Shown here in pieces: positions 25,257 to 31,915 of a stretch of 31,915 bases of DNA. Origin of the DNA: a virus (lineage: Duplodnaviria > Caudoviricetes). The stretch covers positions 1 through 31,915 of the IMG/VR virus record IMGVR_UViG_3300037742_000012; one strand, 5' to 3'. The notes beneath the pieces are model-generated. The model was not told the DNA's origin and searched no databases. It saw only the letters and a list, made by a program, of their open reading frames with translations. Within the stretch, counting starts at the first letter, position 1, and every line of letters begins with the position of its first letter. The position numbers and the translations under genes are program-made.

Positions 25257-28200
25257 ATGGCCCTACGTGAACAGCTACTAAAGCTGAACGCTACGCAACG
25301 CCGCCTCTATGAGACGGGCGTTCTAACTGATGCTGATGTAGAGTCCATCGTAGGAGAGCTAGATGCCCCGAGACTAGATCCGCGACAGGCTGTAGCCGGT
25401 CCACTTACCGCAAATGAGCAGGCCCTCGCTGAGGGCTATAGCTCGGCTATGCCGGGCAGTGAGGGAGTACTCCGGAGCGTAGCTGGAGAAGCTGCTGGTG
25501 GATTCCTAGGCGGAGCCTCGTCGCTCGGACGAGCGCTAACACAGCCTTCTATCCCTGATGAGGACTACCGTGTTGAGGTAGGTCCTACCAGCAGCACTCG
25601 GGATCTTCCTAGCTTCGGTACATCCGAAGAGGACTACTACAACGACAAGGCTGAGCGGGACATCACCCAGCTCACGCCCAACGATGTTCTGATTAACCCT
25701 ACCCCGTCTCAGGTTGATTCTCTAAACAGATTCAACGACTGGAAGCAGCGGGTACAGCAGGGCCAGTCTCTCGAAGACGCATTCCGTCAGGGTAAGTCTA
25801 TCGCTCGTAATGAGGCGGTAGCTGATTCTAATCCCCTATCCCAGCTCTTAGTAAAGCACGGCGGATCAGCCGGCTCGTCTGTCCCTCTCGCAGCTTCGCT
25901 GCTGCTGGGCCGCGGGCGTCTGGCCAAGATCGGTGTGCCAGCAGCTATCGCTATCCCGACTATCACGGGAGCCGGTGGTGCTGCGGGACAGGTGCTTGCT
26001 GACGGAGGCTCGGGCGACGATGCCCTCCTGCGTGGTATCGGTGTCGGCGCAATCGAAGCGGGATCGGAGTCTATCCTCCCGGGCGGACGAGCGCTAGTAG
26101 GCGCGGGACGTAACGTAGGCCGTGCTCTGGGTACCGAGGTGCTGTCGGAGCAGGTGTCTCTTGCAGGCCAGACAGCTCTTGATAAGTCCGTTAGCGGGTG
26201 GGAGAAGTTCGCCCCCTCGACTATCAGCGAGTACGGCAAGGCATCGCTAGATACCCTAGAAGCTACCCTCCTATTCGGTGGTCCGGCTGCTGGTATTGGT
26301 GGTACTATTGAGGCTCGTGGTAACCGTCGTGAACAGACAAGTCTGTTGCGTACAGCACTTGAAGATGTACAGAAGGCAACTGGCGGTACTCTAGACCCTG
26401 CTGTAACTCAGGGTGTGATCGCGGCTAAGGCTGTCGAAGAGGACATGCAAACAGACATGTTCGGTCCTGAGAGCAAGACAGGGCTGCCCACATTCGAGGA
26501 CTCAACCAAGCAGCGTGAGAAGGATCTAATTGCTCCGCTTCTAGCGAAGCCTCTAGCCAAGCCGCGCGTGCGCGTAGAGCCGGCTCCTGTGCAGGATGTG
26601 CTGGGACTTAAGGGCGGGCGTAATCCTAACAAGAAGAAGGCAGCCGCAGCACAAGCGGCGGCGGTAGCAAAGGCTACTGCCCAGCCTGCCAAGATTGAGC
26701 AGGAGGGAGTATTCTCCGTTGCAGATGGCGAAGCTGGTATTAACAACGAGCAGATCATCTCGCACCTTATGTCAGACAACAAGACCAAGGCTGCCGTACG
26801 CAAGGCTATCATCGACAAGAAGATCGAGGTTGTCGGCAAAGGCAACAACCGTGGCGTGGCTGACATGGCTGGTGGTATGTATGACGGCAAGAAGCTGTAC
26901 CTGAACAAGGACAACCTGACTAAGGAGACCTTCGTTCCTACAGCCCTGCACGAAGTCAAGCACTACTTCGACGCCGTAGACAAGACCGACAATCCCCGCT
27001 CGTTCAAGAACGTAGTGGGAGACAAGGCTAACCTAGACTTCTCTAAGAAGATCCTAGGCATGCGCGGTAAGAATCCGGTCGTGGACAAGGCCCTTAACCG
27101 TTTCAAGGCGGCGGAGACGGCTGCGGGTAAGCAGCCCCTAGACGAGATCGTAACCTATTTCGTCGAGGAAGCAGCCATCGCCCGTAACAAGGGTGGAGTA
27201 CTGGGTACTGCTGGGGGTATCGCTAAGGATATCGTAAGCGCCACGAAGAAGTTTATGTCGGACACGGCAGGCGTAGATCTTAACCCTAGCCTGAATGATC
27301 TGAGCTACATGAGTCGCAACATGATGCAGACTCTGGCTAAGACAGACATGAAGCAGGCTCCGGGAACAACTACTCCTGTGACCTCGCTTGTTGGTAACAA
27401 CGCCAAGAACGCAGGCAAGTACGCTAAGGCTGGTAAGGGGTTCAAGGGTGCCGTAGACAATCTACAGCGCTATGAGATCGACTCGTCCCAGTCTTCGGTA
27501 CGTCGTAATGTACTGGATCGCGTGCGCGAAGACAAGTCTGGTTCCGGTACTACAGCTCGCTTCCTAGTTGACTACCCAGAGCTGTACGAGAACTACCCAG
27601 AGCTTAAGGGGCTGAAGATTAAGCCTGTTCCTAAAGGCACTCCTAAGGGGCGTAGCTACGCACAGCTCGACGAGCAGACCGTGTACCTGTCTCGTGAGGC
27701 GTTGGAAGATCCAGAGACAACTCGCTCTGACTTCCTGCACGAAGTACAGCACTTCATCCAGAAGCGTGAGGGATTCACTCAGGGCGGAAGCGCTCAGGAG
27801 TTCCTAGATCCGAAGGACTTCGACACCTACACGAAGAGCAAGAACAATCTTGAGGAAGTACTCAACACTGTAGACACGGACACAGTAGAAGGTATTCGCG
27901 CTAAGCTGCCTGCTGCCGTGAAGAAGGGTAGACCTTCGGACGTTATGCGTGCTGCGCTAGACCTAGACCCACAGGTTCTCACTCCGGAAGAGAGAGAGCT
28001 TATGGGGCGCTATCGTCCTGCGCAGGGTGAGTTCAAGAAGAACTTCGCCAAGTACAACGCTGCCTATCAGAAGTACCTAGCCCTCGGAGGCGAGGCAGAG
28101 GCTCGTGCTGTTCAGTCGCGTATGAACATGACTGAGGCTGAGCGCTCTGAGATGGCGTTCTACGACTCCCTAGATCAGGGACTGGTGAAGGAAGACCTCA

Positions 28201-31200
28201 TTGATCCGGCTGATCCGAAGCAGGGATCGTGGGCTGCGGCAGGGCGCAAGGCTGACCAGTTTAGCGGCAAGTTCTCCGTGGCTGACAACATCACAGGCAA
28301 CAAGGATCGTAACTTCGGTAAGGCGGGTACGGGTGTAACCCTTATCCCAGCCCCACGTAACGGTGCTGTACTAGTACACCCTGACTCAACTATGGGTAAG
28401 GTAGGGGCTTTCTGGAAGAAGGCTCTGAAGGGTACTGGTGTGCCTGATGCCGTGATGGCCCATGCTGATCGTGCCGAGGGAGCTAGCGCGGAAGCGCAGC
28501 TGATTGCCCTGAACGCGATCAACGCGGTGAACAAGGAGATCGAGATCACTGGCAACCCACAGGCTGCGGTTGATTTCCTAACCAAGTACGAGGCAGTGAA
28601 GACTCGCGAAGAGCGTCTCAAGATGGCTACGGACTTCAAGGCGAAGTATCCGGCTCTCTTCGATGCGTACAACAACGCTCGCAAGAAGATGTTCAACTAC
28701 TCGAATCAGATCATCAACGAGATGGAAAAGCTCGGGCCACGCCTTACTGAGAAGCAGAAGGCTGTTATCGGATCTATCCGAGAGAATCTCGGCAACTACA
28801 CCACGCGTTCGTACGCTCTGTTCGGACCTACTAAGGTTTCTCAGACGCACCGCAAGTTCCTATACAACACCAAGGAAGGAGCGAAGATCCTACAGAACGC
28901 ACGTCGCTTCGCGCGCGAGCACGTACTCAACATCCCTGCGGACGTATCCAAGATTGGGCATGATCGTCTTGAGGCTCTCTACGACATGTGGGTCCCCGGC
29001 TCAATCAAGCAGGGCCGTCCTTCAGAGAATCTGACAGTGGATGAGCTAAGAGCTGCCGTGTCCAAGGTAGCCGATCAGGCTACGTCTGAGAAGCTGGATA
29101 AGGAAGCGGACAAGTTCGTGGACGATCTGCTCACGACGGGTATCCGTCTGAACGCTATCGGCAAGATGGCTAAGATCTATAAGGGCGAGCGTCAGGACAT
29201 GACAGTCATCACGCCTAAGGACAACGTGCCTCAGGTTATCCGCGAGCTGTGGGGCGAGCAGAAGGACCCGGTGATGAACCTGTTCTCCACGCTCGTACGT
29301 CAGGGTGAATTCCTGAGCCGTATCCAAGAGCAGTGGAAGATGGCCGAAGACCTGAAGGGCACTGTGCTGTTTGAGCGCTCTATTGATGGGCCAGACCAGA
29401 CTAAGCTGATCAAGCTGACTGGCGAAAGCTTCGGTCCTCTACAGGGTATGTTCACTACGCCGGAGGTCAAGGACTTCCTAGACCTACGCCGCGAAGCAGC
29501 GCAGGGACTCGGGGCATTCCTAGACGCCATGAACGTGGTTGCAGGTAACCGCAACATCAAGAACATCAGCGCCGTAATGGACGAAGGGTTCAAGCTGGTT
29601 CGCTATACCGCGGCTAGCCTAGGCGGTAAGATCAAGTGGGCTAACGTTGTTACTAACCCAATGAACGCTGCATACAACTTCGCGGGCGCTCCGCTACAGA
29701 TGATTGCTAACGGTAACTTCAAGATGACTAACACTGCTAAGGGTGCCAAGGTCGTATTCAAGGACATGCCGGGTGCGGCCTATAAGGACGCGGGGACAGC
29801 AGAGCTGAAGGAGATTGTGCGTAACGGTATCCTTGACTCGGCGTTCGTGGGTGAGATTCAGGATGCGGAGTTCAACGCGCTCGTAGAGCGTATGATCCGT
29901 ACGGGTAACGTGAAGGGTAAGAAGGACCAGATCGTATCACGTCTGACCGACTACTACTCTGCCTCTGACCTGTTCGCCAAGGTAGCCAACTACTATCGTG
30001 AGAAGGATTTCATCAAGGCATTCTACGAGAAGGTAGGACAGCCGAAGTCGGATGACGAGATCCAGCGTATCGCTGCGGAGCGAATCAAGAAGACCAACTT
30101 CTCGTTCAAGCACGCGTGGTGGCCTGCTAAGGCTCTAGAGGCTGGCGGTCTTACCAACTTCCTTACGTATAACGCTGAGACATTCCGTACGATCATTGGC
30201 AACATGTCACTGGGTCTTGGAGATGTGCGAGCCGCATCGGCTCTGAAGGCTACGAATCCGGAAGCGGCTTCGATGCTGAGCACAATGGGATGGAGCCGTC
30301 TCGCGGGAGCGAGCGTGGCTACGGGGGGACATGCCGCTATCCTGAGCGCTATCGGAGCACTGATCTCGATGGCTCTGGGGTCGGAAGAGGGGGAGAACGA
30401 GGAGGCTATCAAGAAGGGGCTAGCTCCGTGGGAGCTGAACCGTATCCTCACTCTGGTCAATGTACGTAAGGACGGTACGCGCGAATACTTCGACGTAGGC
30501 CGCCTCGATCCGTTCGGACCGATCAACGAAGTTATCCGTTCTGCTCTGACTGGTGATCCAGCTAAGATGGCTGAGGCTGGCAAGAACCTGTTCATGCTCA
30601 ACGCCGTACTCGACCTAGCTGCGCAGCAGATGGGGCTGTCGAAGCAGAAGGACCCGGCTATGTCCAAGGGTAACCCGGGTGCGTACGACCATCTGCGTGA
30701 CGTGCTTACCGAGCTGCCGGGCGTGAGCGAGACCGGGGAAGGTATGAACTCTGTCAGCTCAGACACAGTGCTGAAGCTGGTAGAAGCCGTAACCCCTGCC
30801 CTGCTAGAGAACCCATTCAACTTCAAGGGCGGAGATCCCGACGCTACGGGTACTCGTATGCTGGCTAATGCTCTAGGTCTGAAGACCGTGAAGTACGAGC
30901 CTATCCAGAGTACGGTAAACTCTACAAAGGCACAGTATGTAGGGACTGTGAACGACATGCGTAAGGATTGGTCTAACTACGTGCGAGTTAATATGGATCT
31001 AACCCCAGAACAGCTTGCTACGGAATTCAACCGAGTTGCCACAAAAGAGTACGAACTGTGGCAGGAAGCACGCACTAGAGTCGAAGCAGCCTACGCCGCG
31101 GGAGCTACCCGCCGACAGCTGGCCGAGGCTCTGAAGTCGAATCAGGTTGGTAACCAGACGCAGATCAACAGCCTGCTTACTGGTCGCTTTACCCCTACCA

Positions 31201-31361
31201 CCCTGTCTGTGGACAAGATGGAAGCGGATAAGGCGGCAGAACTCTCAGATCCAGAGAACAAGGGAAGACCTCCCAAGATCAAGTTAATCAAGCAAAAGCA
31301 CGCAGTCATTCAGAGAAACCTACCAAGACTGCTACGTACATTCAAGACCGAGGAGAACTAA
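25257..31361 (+). CDS. large polyvalent ejection protein with two zincin-like HExxH domains (LPD23-like)
   Basis: 2034 aa; Gly/Ala-rich membrane segments; LHEVKH (26949-26963) and RYEID...YPELYENYPEL...LHEVQHFIQ-x2-EGF...GEAEARAVQ-x-R. Confidence 0.85.
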   Translation: MALREQLLKLNATQRRLYETGVLTDADVESIVGELDAPRLDPRQAVAGPLTANEQALAEGYSSAMPGSEGVLRSVAGEAAGGFLGGASSLGRALTQPSIPDEDYRVEVGPTSSTRDLPSFGTSEEDYYNDKAERDITQLTPNDVLINPTPSQVDSLNRFNDWKQRVQQGQSLEDAFRQGKSIARNEAVADSNPLSQLLVKHGGSAGSSVPLAASLLLGRGRLAKIGVPAAIAIPTITGAGGAAGQVLADGGSGDDALLRGIGVGAIEAGSESILPGGRALVGAGRNVGRALGTEVLSEQVSLAGQTALDKSVSGWEKFAPSTISEYGKASLDTLEATLLFGGPAAGIGGTIEARGNRREQTSLLRTALEDVQKATGGTLDPAVTQGVIAAKAVEEDMQTDMFGPESKTGLPTFEDSTKQREKDLIAPLLAKPLAKPRVRVEPAPVQDVLGLKGGRNPNKKKAAAAQAAAVAKATAQPAKIEQEGVFSVADGEAGINNEQIISHLMSDNKTKAAVRKAIIDKKIEVVGKGNNRGVADMAGGMYDGKKLYLNKDNLTKETFVPTALHEVKHYFDAVDKTDNPRSFKNVVGDKANLDFSKKILGMRGKNPVVDKALNRFKAAETAAGKQPLDEIVTYFVEEAAIARNKGGVLGTAGGIAKDIVSATKKFMSDTAGVDLNPSLNDLSYMSRNMMQTLAKTDMKQAPGTTTPVTSLVGNNAKNAGKYAKAGKGFKGAVDNLQRYEIDSSQSSVRRNVLDRVREDKSGSGTTARFLVDYPELYENYPELKGLKIKPVPKGTPKGRSYAQLDEQTVYLSREALEDPETTRSDFLHEVQHFIQKREGFTQGGSAQEFLDPKDFDTYTKSKNNLEEVLNTVDTDTVEGIRAKLPAAVKKGRPSDVMRAALDLDPQVLTPEERELMGRYRPAQGEFKKNFAKYNAAYQKYLALGGEAEARAVQSRMNMTEAERSEMAFYDSLDQGLVKEDLIDPADPKQGSWAAAGRKADQFSGKFSVADNITGNKDRNFGKAGTGVTLIPAPRNGAVLVHPDSTMGKVGAFWKKALKGTGVPDAVMAHADRAEGASAEAQLIALNAINAVNKEIEITGNPQAAVDFLTKYEAVKTREERLKMATDFKAKYPALFDAYNNARKKMFNYSNQIINEMEKLGPRLTEKQKAVIGSIRENLGNYTTRSYALFGPTKVSQTHRKFLYNTKEGAKILQNARRFAREHVLNIPADVSKIGHDRLEALYDMWVPGSIKQGRPSENLTVDELRAAVSKVADQATSEKLDKEADKFVDDLLTTGIRLNAIGKMAKIYKGERQDMTVITPKDNVPQVIRELWGEQKDPVMNLFSTLVRQGEFLSRIQEQWKMAEDLKGTVLFERSIDGPDQTKLIKLTGESFGPLQGMFTTPEVKDFLDLRREAAQGLGAFLDAMNVVAGNRNIKNISAVMDEGFKLVRYTAASLGGKIKWANVVTNPMNAAYNFAGAPLQMIANGNFKMTNTAKGAKVVFKDMPGAAYKDAGTAELKEIVRNGILDSAFVGEIQDAEFNALVERMIRTGNVKGKKDQIVSRLTDYYSASDLFAKVANYYREKDFIKAFYEKVGQPKSDDEIQRIAAERIKKTNFSFKHAWWPAKALEAGGLTNFLTYNAETFRTIIGNMSLGLGDVRAASALKATNPEAASMLSTMGWSRLAGASVATGGHAAILSAIGALISMALGSEEGENEEAIKKGLAPWELNRILTLVNVRKDGTREYFDVGRLDPFGPINEVIRSALTGDPAKMAEAGKNLFMLNAVLDLAAQQMGLSKQKDPAMSKGNPGAYDHLRDVLTELPGVSETGEGMNSVSSDTVLKLVEAVTPALLENPFNFKGGDPDATGTRMLANALGLKTVKYEPIQSTVNSTKAQYVGTVNDMRKDWSNYVRVNMDLTPEQLATEFNRVATKEYELWQEARTRVEAAYAAGATRRQLAEALKSNQVGNQTQINSLLTGRFTPTTLSVDKMEADKAAELSDPENKGRPPKIKLIKQKHAVIQRNLPRLLRTFKTEEN

Positions 31362-31915
31362 GTGGCAGAATATTCCAGCATGCAGAGAGCTATCCAGCAG
31401 GGTCTGCCGTTTAGCCCTAACAACGGTAACCCGAACGGCGTAAACAATACGGCAGCTGGGGGTAACACTCGCCCGGCTCCGGGGCAGGCTATGCCTTCAT
31501 ACCTCCGCCGTAACAACCTAGTAGAGGGTCCAGTAGACTATAACGGGCAGCACGCGTCCCTAGGGCGCTATCGTGCCCCGCAGCTAGATGCTCAGGGTAA
31601 TTCCGTGGGTGGGGATATGGGAGGCTACGCCCACAACCTGCCTAACTCGTATGGCTCTCCGTTCAACTACCGGGCTAATCGCCAGCAGCTAGGCAGCCAG
31701 TTCAACCCGGACCGTCCTAACGTTTCGGGTGGTGGGGGGTCCACGACAGATACGCGCCGTCGTCCTGTGCAGGACTCCATGTTCGGATTCCTACAGCAGC
31801 TCCTAGCTCGTCAGAACTCTGGCGGACAGCCTTCCGTGCAAGGGGGGCTTCCGTTTGCTAATCCAGCGGGTAGCTTCAACAACGGGGTAGGTCCTGCTTA
31901 CAACGGTAACCAAGC
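31362..31915 (+). CDS. N/G/Q/P-rich low-complexity protein, truncated by window edge
   Basis: GTG after GAGGAG; frame open to the end: MAEYSSMQRAIQQGLPFSPNNGNPNGVNN... Confidence 0.75.
   Translation, partial: MAEYSSMQRAIQQGLPFSPNNGNPNGVNNTAAGGNTRPAPGQAMPSYLRRNNLVEGPVDYNGQHASLGRYRAPQLDAQGNSVGGDMGGYAHNLPNSYGSPFNYRANRQQLGSQFNPDRPNVSGGGGSTTDTRRRPVQDSMFGFLQQLLARQNSGGQPSVQGGLPFANPAGSFNNGVGPAYNGNQ

Noticed and set aside
30023-30958. 311-aa antisense ORF and other minus-strand ORFs in the late arm
   Set aside because: Shadow frames of real genes; S/A/R-rich, no SD or motifs
25257-31361. N4-type virion RNA polymerase
   Set aside because: Much shorter than N4 vRNAP and no T7-like polymerase motifs were recognised
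7367-31361. Stop-codon (TAG) recoding suggested by abundant CTAG
   Set aside because: Long genes are open under the standard code; TAG is out of frame (CTA-G)

Overview
Part of a tailed dsDNA phage genome (podovirus-like, P22-type terminase with an N4-gp56-family major capsid protein) with two divergent arms. The left arm (1-6069, minus strand) is a dense run of small early/accessory genes, including two HNH nucleases, driven by at least three strong sigma70-type promoters. A ~1.6 kb control/terminus-like region (6070-7726) holds promoters, a sigma54 motif, palindromes and short repeats. The right arm (7727-31915, plus strand) is the late module: head fibre/decoration genes, holin, lysozyme, TerS, TerL, portal, scaffold, capsid, adaptor, tail nozzle, ejection proteins, a 2034-aa polyvalent protein with two HExxH motifs, and a truncated N/G/Q/P-rich gene. 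The most striking unexplained signals are a recurring TATAC-N4-GTATA palindrome at early gene junctions (often enclosing the Shine-Dalgarno), a family of three related long RNA hairpins, a 13-nt perfect complement of the 16S rRNA 3' end with no start codon in front of the lysis genes, and a palindrome/repeat array at 7367-7515. All calls are by eye; no database searches were run.
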